DNA of 64,000 nucleotides from Spirochaetaceae bacterium (GTDB lineage: Bacteria > Spirochaetota > Spirochaetia > SZUA-6 > Bin103), in contig JAPPGB010000047.1 in assembly GCA_028821475.1 (NCBI GenBank), positions 1,136-65,135 of the forward strand, in the 5' to 3' direction. Each line of letters opens with the position of its first letter. Position 1 is the stretch's first letter. Below the pieces are notes generated by a model that was given only the letters and a program-made list of their open reading frames with translations, was not told the DNA's origin and searched no databases. The position numbers and the translations under genes are program-made. Shown here in pieces: positions 1 to 8,402 of this stretch.

Positions 1-951
1 GTGAAGGCCCTGCCGCGGCGCCCGCGGGCCGCCCGGCGTCCTTCGGGGATCCGCCACGCGCGCGAGGACCGCCTGTTCTACCTGATCAACGGGACGCTGA
101 TGACGCTGCTGTTCATCATCGTCGTCTACCCCCTGATCTACATCGTCAGCTCCTCCTTCTCCGATGCCAACGAGGTGCTGGCGGGGCGCGTCTGGCTGCT
201 GCCGCGCAAGCCCTCGCTGGAGGGCTACCAGGCGGTGTTCGAGTTCAGGCAGCTCTGGGTGGGCTACGGCAACACCGCCTTCTACACCGTGTTCGGGACC
301 GTCTACAACCTGCTGATGACCATGCTGGTCGCCTACCCGCTGTCGCGCCGCGACTTCGTGGGGCGCAGCCTGCTGATGTTCCTGTTCGCCTTCACCATGT
401 TTTTCCAGGGCGGGCTGATTCCCACCTACCTGCTGATCCGCAGCCTCGGCCTGCTGGACACGCGCGCGGTGATGATCGTGCCGTGGGCGATCGTGGTGAT
501 CAACGTGATCATCACCCGTACCTTCCTGGAGGCCAACGTGCCCAACGAGCTGTACGAGGCGGCGTGGGTGGACGGCGCTTCCAACACCCGCATGCTGTGG
601 GCGATCGTGGTGCCGGTGTCGGGGCCGATCATCGCCGTGATCACCCTGTTCTACGCGGTGATGCACTGGAACCAGTTCTTCAACGCGCTGATCTACCTGC
701 GCGACGAGAAGCTGGTGCCGCTGCAGATCGTGCTGCGCGAAATCCTGATCATGAACTCGTCGGCGGCGATCGACGACCTGATGGCCGACATCACCGAGGA
801 GCAGTTGCTGCAGATGACCAAGCGCGAGTACCTGCAGGCGCTGATCCAGTTCGCGCTGATCGTGGTCGCCACGGTGCCGGTGCTGGTCGCCTACCCGTTC
901 GTGCAGAAGTACTTCGTGCGCGGCGTCATGATCGGGGCGATCAAGGGATGA
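1..951 (+). CDS. Carbohydrate ABC transporter permease (CUT1 family, LplC/YtcP-like inner-membrane component)
   Basis: 316-aa multi-TM protein from a GTG at nt 1. It has the typical N-terminal DRxFY..N and the EAAxxDGA permease signature region (YEAAWVDGAS), and is followed 80 nt later by a solute-binding protein gene. It may be 5'-complete (GTG start) or cut by the window edge. Confidence 0.8.
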   Translation: MKALPRRPRAARRPSGIRHAREDRLFYLINGTLMTLLFIIVVYPLIYIVSSSFSDANEVLAGRVWLLPRKPSLEGYQAVFEFRQLWVGYGNTAFYTVFGTVYNLLMTMLVAYPLSRRDFVGRSLLMFLFAFTMFFQGGLIPTYLLIRSLGLLDTRAVMIVPWAIVVINVIITRTFLEANVPNELYEAAWVDGASNTRMLWAIVVPVSGPIIAVITLFYAVMHWNQFFNALIYLRDEKLVPLQIVLREILIMNSSAAIDDLMADITEEQLLQMTKREYLQALIQFALIVVATVPVLVAYPFVQKYFVRGVMIGAIKG

Positions 952-1030
952 TTCTTTGAGGACTCTTTTGAGAACATTGAGGGTCGGGTGTCACCCGACG
1001 TCGTTATTCAACAACGAAAGGAGCGTATCC

Positions 1031-2752
1031 ATGAGGAAGACGCTTTTGGCAGCGCCGCTGTTGGCGCTGGTAACCATGCTGGCCGTGGCCGGCGGAGAGG
1101 GGGAAGGTGTTGCCGCCGCCGGCCTGGAGCTGAGCGCGCCCGGCGAGTATCCCATCGTGCAGGAGAAGCAGACCATCTCGGTGATCGGCACCTACGATCA
1201 GCGGCTGGCCTCGGGCACGCTGGAAGACGCCAAGTTCACCCTGTGGTTCGAGGAGCTCACCAACATCCACATCGACTGGGTGGAGATGATCGAGTGGGAG
1301 GAGGCGGTCGAGAAGTACAACCTGATCCTCGCCTCCGGCGACCTGCCCGACGTGCTGATTCCGCACTCGCGGATCACCGTGCAGCAGGCGTTCGACCAGG
1401 GCGCCGCCGGGGCCTTCGTCGGCCTCAAGGACCTGATCGCCGAGCACATGCCCGGCCTCAGCGCGCGGCTGGCCGAGGTGCCGGAGGTGCACAAGCGCAT
1501 CACCATGCCGGACGGGGAGAACTACTACTTCCCGATCGTTTCCGCGGGCTGCTTCCACTGCCAGTACTCGACCAAGATGTGGGTCTACAAGCCGTGGGTC
1601 GACCAACTCGGCCTGAAGTGGCCGCCGGAGACCCCGGACGAGTTCGCCGACATGCTGCGCGCGTTCCGCGACCAGGATCCCAACGGCAACGGCAAGCAGG
1701 ACGAGATCCCGTTCCTGTCCGCCACCACCGGCTGGAACGTCGATCCGATCTCGTTCCTGATGAACGCCTGGATCTACACCGTGCACCCCTACGACCTGAA
1801 CTACGGGGCGCTCCTGGAGCGCTCGCCGAGCGACGTGCGCTTCGTGGCCAACACCGAGGAGTGGCGCGACGGGTTGAAGTACCTGCGCATGCTGCATGAC
1901 GAGGATCTGCTGGCCGAGGAGTCGTTCGTGTGGACCGAGAAGGAGGCCAAGCAGACCACCGAGAATCCCGACTATCCCATCGTCGGATCGTTCCAGGGCG
2001 GCTGGTTCGGCCGCTTCACCATCCACGGCGGCGGCACCGGGCGCTTCGCCGACTTCAAGCCGATTCCGCCGCTGCGCGGTCCCAGCGGGCTGCAGCAGAC
2101 GCGCTACCATCCGCCTTCCGTGAACGTGCAGTCGGTGATCACCAGCGCCGCCGAGCACCCGGCGATGATCGCCAAGATGGTCGACTGGTTCTACGAGGAC
2201 CCGATCGCGCACGCGCTGCTGGCGCGCAACTTCCTGCAGGAGGGATCGGAGTGGCGCTACCTCACCGAGGAAGAGAAGACGCTGGGCTGGGTGACGCGCG
2301 ACGGCGGACCGGCCAAGACCATCCGCCTGGAGAGCGCGGTCTACTCGCTGGACCTGGATGACGACGGCTGGTCGCGCACCACGCTCGGGAACTGGGAGTG
2401 GAACGCGCACAGCGCCATGCCGCCGGAGTGGGAAGGCGATCCGACCCGCGTCGAGTGGCGGCTGATGGTGGCGACGCGCGACCTGATGCTGCCCTACCGG
2501 GTGGAGAAGCACATCCCGCCGGACGTGATCTTCCAGGGCATGGATCAGGAAGAGCTGGTCGACTTGACCGAGACCATCACCAGCCGCAACGGCCTGGTGA
2601 TGCAGCGCGCCGCGGAGTTCATCACCGGCAGGCGCGACATCCACGACGACGCCACTTGGGACGCCTACGTGGACGAGCTGGAGCGCGCCGGCGTGGGCCG
2701 CTACGTCGAGCTGTGGCAGGCGGCGCTGCAGGGGTCCGGCTACTTCAACTGA
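1031..2752 (+). CDS. ABC transporter extracellular solute-binding protein (family 1, LplA-like)
   Basis: ATG at 1031 is preceded by AAGGAG (1016-1021). The product has a signal peptide (MRKTLLAAPLLALVTMLAVAGG) and length and composition typical of large CUT1-associated SBPs. It lies immediately downstream of the permease. Confidence 0.8.
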   Translation: MRKTLLAAPLLALVTMLAVAGGEGEGVAAAGLELSAPGEYPIVQEKQTISVIGTYDQRLASGTLEDAKFTLWFEELTNIHIDWVEMIEWEEAVEKYNLILASGDLPDVLIPHSRITVQQAFDQGAAGAFVGLKDLIAEHMPGLSARLAEVPEVHKRITMPDGENYYFPIVSAGCFHCQYSTKMWVYKPWVDQLGLKWPPETPDEFADMLRAFRDQDPNGNGKQDEIPFLSATTGWNVDPISFLMNAWIYTVHPYDLNYGALLERSPSDVRFVANTEEWRDGLKYLRMLHDEDLLAEESFVWTEKEAKQTTENPDYPIVGSFQGGWFGRFTIHGGGTGRFADFKPIPPLRGPSGLQQTRYHPPSVNVQSVITSAAEHPAMIAKMVDWFYEDPIAHALLARNFLQEGSEWRYLTEEEKTLGWVTRDGGPAKTIRLESAVYSLDLDDDGWSRTTLGNWEWNAHSAMPPEWEGDPTRVEWRLMVATRDLMLPYRVEKHIPPDVIFQGMDQEELVDLTETITSRNGLVMQRAAEFITGRRDIHDDATWDAYVDELERAGVGRYVELWQAALQGSGYFN

Positions 2753-2931
2753 GCCGGTAAACCGGTTCCGGCCGCACCGCTTCGGGTACAGGCGGGGCAG
2801 GCGGCGGGCCACGGTCCGCCGCCTGGGTGCCGCCGTGCGCCACGCCTGGCTTGCACGGCGGGCAGGAGCAGGCGGGAGCCGCCTTGACGGGCCATTTCGG
2901 ACACAGTGTATGGTATGCCGCGAGCAGACCA

Positions 2932-5100
2932 ATGGCAACGACCAGCATACTGATCGTCGATCGGAGCCTGGACCGTGCACACCACCTGGAGCAGGGCGTT
3001 CGCGGCCTCGGCTACGCGGTGTGCGGCGTCGCAACCTGCGGCACGGAGGCGGTCGCGCTCGCCGGCGCCGGTGGAGCCGACTTGGTGCTGATCGACGCCG
3101 CGCTCCAGGGGGAGGTGTCCGGGGCGGACGCCGCCGCGCAGATCGGCGCCCGCCTTGCGATCCCGGTCGTGTTCGTCGTCGACTCCGCCGCCGGCGACGA
3201 ATCGGCCGCGCCCGACCTGCACCGGCAGGCGGCAAGCCGGCCGTCCGGGTACGTGCTGCGCCCCGTGCAGTGGCGGCAACTGGACCTGATCATCCGCACG
3301 GCGCTCGCCGCACGCGCCCGCGAGCGGGAGCTGACCGCCGAACGGCGCGCACTGCGGCATCGGCTCGACCGACTGCAGGAGCTCAACCGGCAACTCGAGT
3401 CCGGGTTCGACTGCCTCGACGATGCCGTGATCCTCTTCGATCGCGAGCGCAGGCCGCTGTTCCCCAACGCAGCCGCGCGGCTCCTGTGCGGAGACGCGAT
3501 ACTGAATCCCGACGCCGACCGGTGGCTCGACGAGTACGAACTGTTCGAGGTGGACGGGACGACGCCGGTCGATCTCGAGGAGGGTCCGCTCAGAAAGGCG
3601 CTGCGCAGCACGCAGGCGGTAACCGCCGACATGTTCGTTCGCAGAAGGAACCGCCCCGGGGGTGCCTACGTCAACGTCACGGCCAAGCCGCTCGGCGACC
3701 ATCCGGACGGTCCGCGCGGGGGGATGCTCGTCATCCGCGAGGTAACTCGGCACCGGGAGCGCGACGCGCAACTGCACGACACGCTCGCGGAGTTGCGCGA
3801 GCAGAACGAGTTGATCGACGCCGCGTTCAAGAGCATCAGCGATGGCATCGTGGTGGCCAACGCCGAGGGCATGTTTCTGTACGTAAACCCGGCCGCCGAG
3901 CAGATCGTCGGCATGGGACTCACCGACGCTCCACAGGAGCAGTGGTCGCAGCGGTACGGCGCCTACTATCCCGACCGTGTAACCCCCATGCCTTCCGAGG
4001 ACCTGCCGCTGCTGCGTGCCATCCGGCGCCGCGAGTCGGTGGACGAAGAGGACCTGTTCATCCGCAACCCGGGCCGGCCCGACGGCGTATACGTGCGCGT
4101 GAGCGCCCGTCCGCTGCTCAACGACGTCGGCGGCGTCCGAGGCGGCGTGATCGTGTTCCGCGACGTGACGGTACGCAGATTCGCCGAAGAAGCGCTGACC
4201 AACGCGTTCGCCGAGGGCCGGTCGGAGGTACTCGATACGCTTGTGCACAACATCGGTAATGCGATCACCAGCGTCACCACCGGCGTGGAGACGCTGCGCC
4301 GGACGCTCGCGAACGACCCGCTGCAACGCTCCCTGGCCGGGCTGGCCGCGGTGCTCGACGAGCACCGCGACCACTGGCTGGAGTTCCTCCGCGACGACGC
4401 GCGCGGCCGGCAAGTCCTGCCCTCCATTCTCTCACTCGCGGCACACTACGAGACGCGCGGCCGTGCGCTGATGAAGACCATCCAACGGGTGCGCAACCGG
4501 GCGTGGCGGATTGCCGACGTGATCCGCACCCAGCGCGAGGTCGACAGCGCCGGCATGGACCGCTCGAACGTCGACCTGAAGGGAGCGCTGCGGAACGCGG
4601 TGCGGGTGGTGAGCGAGTCGCTCGACCGGGCTCGGGTCCGCACCACCGTCGACTGCCGAGGGGCGCCGCGCGAGATTCGCATTCGCGAGAGCCGGTTTCA
4701 CCAGGCGCTGGTCAACCTGATCAAGAATGCCGTCGAGGCGATCGACGACCGCGGCGCCACGGACGGGCGCGCCCCGGCCCCCCGCATCCGCATCTGCGCC
4801 TGGTCCGGCGACCGGTACCTGAACCTGGAGGTTGCCGACAACGGCATCGGCATCCCAAGCACGGATTCCAGCTTGCTGTTCGCCCCCGGATACACCACCA
4901 AACGGAACGGCAGCGGGCTCGGTCTGCACTCGGTGGCGAACTTCGTTATCGGTTCGGGTGGCCGCATTCAGGCCCTGAGCGACGGCGCCGGCAAGGGAAC
5001 GACCATGCGCGTCATGCTGCCTCTCTCATCGGTGCTCGTCGCCGCGCCGCCGGCCCCCGCGAGCGCCGGACGGAACGGCCCGGCGCGGGAGCGGTCGTGA
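2932..5100 (+). CDS. Hybrid sensor histidine kinase (degenerate N-terminal receiver, PAS domains, HisKA-like H-box, HATPase_c)
   Basis: The N-terminus is receiver-like (ILIVDRS...LVLIDAAL). The middle is PAS-like. The H-box is LVHNIGNAITSV, and the N/G1/G2 boxes are LIKNAVEAI...DNGIGIP...GSGLGL. The start is placed at the ATG at 2932; the ORF-track frame opens at 2827. Confidence 0.75.
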   Translation: MATTSILIVDRSLDRAHHLEQGVRGLGYAVCGVATCGTEAVALAGAGGADLVLIDAALQGEVSGADAAAQIGARLAIPVVFVVDSAAGDESAAPDLHRQAASRPSGYVLRPVQWRQLDLIIRTALAARARERELTAERRALRHRLDRLQELNRQLESGFDCLDDAVILFDRERRPLFPNAAARLLCGDAILNPDADRWLDEYELFEVDGTTPVDLEEGPLRKALRSTQAVTADMFVRRRNRPGGAYVNVTAKPLGDHPDGPRGGMLVIREVTRHRERDAQLHDTLAELREQNELIDAAFKSISDGIVVANAEGMFLYVNPAAEQIVGMGLTDAPQEQWSQRYGAYYPDRVTPMPSEDLPLLRAIRRRESVDEEDLFIRNPGRPDGVYVRVSARPLLNDVGGVRGGVIVFRDVTVRRFAEEALTNAFAEGRSEVLDTLVHNIGNAITSVTTGVETLRRTLANDPLQRSLAGLAAVLDEHRDHWLEFLRDDARGRQVLPSILSLAAHYETRGRALMKTIQRVRNRAWRIADVIRTQREVDSAGMDRSNVDLKGALRNAVRVVSESLDRARVRTTVDCRGAPREIRIRESRFHQALVNLIKNAVEAIDDRGATDGRAPAPRIRICAWSGDRYLNLEVADNGIGIPSTDSSLLFAPGYTTKRNGSGLGLHSVANFVIGSGGRIQALSDGAGKGTTMRVMLPLSSVLVAAPPAPASAGRNGPARERS

Positions 5101-5987
5101 GCGCCGCGCAGTATCCCAACAGACGGGTTCTGATCGTCGACGACGAGCCGGACATCCACGACGACTTCACCGAGATGCTGTCCACCTCGTACCTGCCGCC
5201 GACCGCCGGCGGCACCGCGGAGCACGGCGTGCAACGGGCGCCGTTTCCGCCCACGTTCGAGTTGCTGCACGCCACCAGCGGCGAGCAGGCCTGCGACATC
5301 ATCCTGAACGCCAGGAGGTGGAGTCAGCCCATTGCCGTGGCGTACGTCGACATCAGGATGCCGGCGGGGATCGACGGCCCCGAGACGATCCGGCGGGTAC
5401 GCACGATGGATCGCGACGTCGAAGTCGTGATGATGACCGCGTACACCGACAAGACGCTTGCCGAGATCATCCAGGACATGGAACTGCTGCACAAGCTGCT
5501 GTACATCAGGAAGCCGTTCGTGCACGAGGAGATTCAGCAGATTACCGTGGCCCTGGTCGGCAAGTGGAACCTGGAGCAGGACCTGGCGGAGAAGCAGCGG
5601 CAGCTCGCCGGAAGCCAGCGCCGCCTGGAGGCCGTGCTCAACGCCACCCGTGACGCCATGGCGATGCGGGATCGCACGGGACGGCTGATGTACGCCAACA
5701 AGGCGTACCTGGCACTGATGGATATGACCCTCGACGAGTTGAAGAACCTCACGCCGGACGAGCTGGCGGCGCGAACCAGGGAACGCTTCAGCGAGCCGCG
5801 GCCGGGCGAGGTGGAGGGCGGGTTCGCGCTCCGCGGCCTCCGGCTGACCACCGCCGCCGGCGCCGGCGACCGCCAACCGGACCAGCGGCTGTACTACCGC
5901 ACCGCCACCGAGGTGCGTGACGGTGCCGAAGTGATCGGCGAGCTGGAAGTGTTCCGGGACGCGTCGCAGGAGATCGAGTCCGAGTAG
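5097..5987 (+). CDS. Response regulator: receiver with inserted loop plus C-terminal PAS-like module
   Basis: GTG at 5097 overlaps the kinase stop (GTGA). The receiver reads RVLIVDDEPD...VDIRMPAGIDG...MMTAY...IRKPF and is followed by a coiled coil and a PAS-like region. The N-terminal about 230 aa are paralogous to the N-terminus of the sigma-54 activator at 13144-15063. Confidence 0.7.
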   Translation: MSAAQYPNRRVLIVDDEPDIHDDFTEMLSTSYLPPTAGGTAEHGVQRAPFPPTFELLHATSGEQACDIILNARRWSQPIAVAYVDIRMPAGIDGPETIRRVRTMDRDVEVVMMTAYTDKTLAEIIQDMELLHKLLYIRKPFVHEEIQQITVALVGKWNLEQDLAEKQRQLAGSQRRLEAVLNATRDAMAMRDRTGRLMYANKAYLALMDMTLDELKNLTPDELAARTRERFSEPRPGEVEGGFALRGLRLTTAAGAGDRQPDQRLYYRTATEVRDGAEVIGELEVFRDASQEIESE

Positions 5988-6085
5988 ACCAAGGCGATGC
6001 CGCGGCCCGGCGCTCGCCGGCCAGCCGCGGTTTGGACGCGCTGGCCCCGGATCGGATCGTCGTCAGCCGATCCCGCCCGTCTGCC

Positions 6086-7543
6086 CTACCGGTCCAGGGG
6101 CAGCCCCAGGGCGCGCGCCACGCCGGCCCCGTAGGCGGGATCGGCCTTGCTGAAGTGGCCGACCTGGCGGCGCTGGATCTCCTCCGGCACGCCGGCCATC
6201 GCGCGGCCGAGGTTCGTGAACAGCCGCTCCTGCTGCTGCCGGGTCATCAGGCGGAACAGGTTGCCCGGCTGAGTGTAGTCGTCGTTGCCCGCGCGCTGGA
6301 TGGAACGGTCCGCCCGGCCCTCGAAGACCGGCGGCAGCCCCGGGTCGCCGTGCTCGTCGGCCGTGGCGCCGCGGCTGTCCGGCTCGTCGGTCGCGGTGCC
6401 GGCGGCGCGCGTGGCGCCGTCCCGGTGCGAGGTGTGCATGCGACCAGCGGCCCGATTCACCGGCAGCGTCTCGTAGTCGACGCCGAGCCGGTGGCGGTGT
6501 GCGTCCGCGTACGCGAAGATCCGGAACTGCAGCACCTTGTCGGGGCTGTAGCCGATGCCCGGTACCTGGTTGGCGGGGGAGAAGACGGCCTGCTCCACAT
6601 CGGCGAAGTAGTTGTCGGGGTTGCGGTTGAGCTCGACGATGCCCACCTCGACCAGCGGGAAGTCGCCCTGCGGCCACACCTTGGTCAGGTCGAACGGGTC
6701 GAAGGCCAACGAGGCGGCCTGGTCGTCGGTCATCACCTGCACGCACATGCGCCAGCGCGGACAGTCACCGTTTTCGATCGCGTGGTACAGGTCGCGCTGG
6801 TGGCTGTCGCGGTCGCGGCCGACCAGTCGCGCACCCTCCTCGTCGGTCAGGGATTCGATGCCCTGCATGGTCTTGAGGTGGAACTTGCACCACACCCGCC
6901 GAGCGTCGGCGTTGACCAGGCTGAAGGTGTGCGAGCCGTAGCCGTTCATGTGCCGGTATGACCTGGGTCGGCCGCGGTCCGAGAACAGGATCGTGACCTG
7001 GTGCAGGCTCTCCGGCGACCGCGACCAGAAGTCCCACATTGCGGCCGTGCTGCGCATGTTGGTGCGCGGATCGCGCTTCTGGGTGCGGAGGAAGTCCGGG
7101 AACTTGTAGGGGTCACGCACGAAGTGCACCGGGGTGTTGTTGCCGACCAGGTCCCAGATGCCCGCGTCGGTGTAGTACTTCATGGCGAAGCCGCGCATGT
7201 CGCGCTCGCCATCGGCGGCGCCGCGCTCGCCGGCCACCGTGGAGAATCGCCAGAAGCACGTGGTCTGCTTGCCCACCTCCGCGAAGGCGCCGGCCCGGCT
7301 GTAGCGCGTGATGTCGTTGGTGATGGTCAGGGTGCCGTAGGCGCCCGAACCCTTGGCGTACACGACGCGCTCGGGAATCCGCTCGCGGTTGAAGTGCGCG
7401 TGCTGCTCGAACAGTTGCCAGTCCTGGACCAGCAACGGCCCGCGAGGTCCGGCGGTGATGCCGCTGTGCCGGTCGCCGATCGCCGCTTCGTTCGCGTCCC
7501 GGCCGACCGGGCCGGTGGCCGCACCATCCATGGAGACACTCAC
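6086..7543 (-). CDS. katA: Monofunctional heme catalase
   Basis: 485 aa with the canonical catalase core: [41 protein letters not shown] and NGYGSHTF. Its start overlaps the stop of the upstream S24 ORF (ATGA). Confidence 0.9.
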   Translation of the reverse strand: MSVSMDGAATGPVGRDANEAAIGDRHSGITAGPRGPLLVQDWQLFEQHAHFNRERIPERVVYAKGSGAYGTLTITNDITRYSRAGAFAEVGKQTTCFWRFSTVAGERGAADGERDMRGFAMKYYTDAGIWDLVGNNTPVHFVRDPYKFPDFLRTQKRDPRTNMRSTAAMWDFWSRSPESLHQVTILFSDRGRPRSYRHMNGYGSHTFSLVNADARRVWCKFHLKTMQGIESLTDEEGARLVGRDRDSHQRDLYHAIENGDCPRWRMCVQVMTDDQAASLAFDPFDLTKVWPQGDFPLVEVGIVELNRNPDNYFADVEQAVFSPANQVPGIGYSPDKVLQFRIFAYADAHRHRLGVDYETLPVNRAAGRMHTSHRDGATRAAGTATDEPDSRGATADEHGDPGLPPVFEGRADRSIQRAGNDDYTQPGNLFRLMTRQQQERLFTNLGRAMAGVPEEIQRRQVGHFSKADPAYGAGVARALGLPLDR

Positions 7544-7860
7544 AGTACGCGGGAGGACCAGCGGACTTCGCCGATGAGCCGAAAGAACGGGTGCAGGGGC
7601 AGGGTTGGGTAGCGCGTGTTGTCACTGACCAGGAACCAGGCGCCGCCGCGGAGATCGAGCCGTTTCACGATGACGCGAGTGGCGGTTCTGAACGCGTAAA
7701 TCCGGCAGCACTCAAGGTGCCGGCGGCTGCGGTCGACCAGGATCTCGCTGCCGTCCGGCAGCGTGGGGTGCATCGAGTCTCCGGCGATCTGCAGCATCTC
7801 GCACTGGTCGAGGTCGATGCTGTGCCGGAGTTGCCACTCCCGCGAGGCGAGCAGCCTCAC
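7540..7860 (-). CDS. S24 (LexA/CI-type) peptidase domain, C-terminal half of a split repressor
   Basis: Has the GDSMHP catalytic-Ser motif and the VKRL catalytic-Lys motif. GTG start sits inside a GTGA overlap with the upstream HTH ORF. The S24 domain actually begins (AAGNP cleavage site) in the upstream ORF, which is a different frame. Confidence 0.6.
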   Translation of the reverse strand: MRLLASREWQLRHSIDLDQCEMLQIAGDSMHPTLPDGSEILVDRSRRHLECCRIYAFRTATRVIVKRLDLRGGAWFLVSDNTRYPTLPLHPFFRLIGEVRWSSRVL

Positions 7861-8186
7861 CGTCCGTCCTCGGGGCGTGCCGGCGGGCGCCGTGCGTCGC
7901 CCTCTATGGTCATCGGATTGCCGGCGGCGGCGAGGCCCCCGACGGCGATGGTGTTGCGGTCGATCTCCGTCAGCATGCGGCTCATGTCCTCGGCCGGGCG
8001 CGGGTCGTCGGTAAGCCCGGCGAGGTAGTCGAGGGAAGTGCGAAGTACGCGCGCGGCCCGGATGGCACGCGTGAATGACGGCGTGTTCTGACCCGTCTCG
8101 ATCATCGAGATCATCGACTGGTTGACGCCCATCGCCACGGCAAGGTCAGCCTGCTTGATCCCAAGCTGCCTGCGCCGCTCCGACAT
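7857..8186 (-). CDS. HTH XRE-family DNA-binding domain with LexA-type AAG cleavage-site region, N-terminal half of a split repressor
   Basis: MSERRRQLGIKQADLAVAMGVNQSMISMIETGQNTPS is an HTH_XRE. ...VGGLAAAGNPMTIEG matches the LexA VAAGEP cleavage region. The ORF stops 18 codons later, with a -1 shift into the S24 ORF. Confidence 0.6.
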   Translation of the reverse strand: MSERRRQLGIKQADLAVAMGVNQSMISMIETGQNTPSFTRAIRAARVLRTSLDYLAGLTDDPRPAEDMSRMLTEIDRNTIAVGGLAAAGNPMTIEGDARRPPARPEDGR

Positions 8187-8359
8187 ACGACCGCCGACCA
8201 TGCAAACCACTGTAATCGATCGCGGGGAAGAATCCAACACGCACCGGCAGGCACCAGGCAGGCACCACGGCACCACGAGCACGCCGACGTGCCCGGCCAA
8301 CGCCGGACGAGCGCACGCCGCTGGTGCCCGGTGCAAAAAGTCGCAGGAGGGGTTGACGT

Positions 8360-8402
8360 ATCACTATGGCTGATATTACCCATCTATATCAGTATGAGTG
8401 AT
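8360..8402. promoter_or_regulatory. Nested AT-rich palindrome (ATCACT..TGATAT..N9..ATATCA..AGTGAT): candidate operator in the divergent intergenic region
   Basis: Outer inverted repeat ATCACT (8360-8365) / AGTGAT (8397-8402); inner TGATAT (8371-8376) / ATATCA (8386-8391). TTGACG lies at 8353-8358. The palindrome overlaps the start codon of the giant gene and is markedly AT-rich in a 70% GC genome. Confidence 0.45.

Noticed and set aside
1004-3235. 743-aa ORF antisense to the solute-binding-protein and kinase genes. Similar long antisense ORFs occur at 9726-11492, 11667-13094, 13033-16476, 18793-20433, 20642-22228, 22825-25197, 30740-32977, 40254-41558 and 59233-61323.
   Set aside because: Their Arg/Ala/Gly/Pro-rich low-complexity translations are typical of stop-codon-poor antisense frames in 70% GC DNA. 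Each overlaps a sense gene with clear family motifs.
7540-8336. Prophage CI repressor marking an integrated phage.
   Set aside because: No phage structural, integrase or lysis genes nearby. The flanks are catalase and a cell-surface protein gene.
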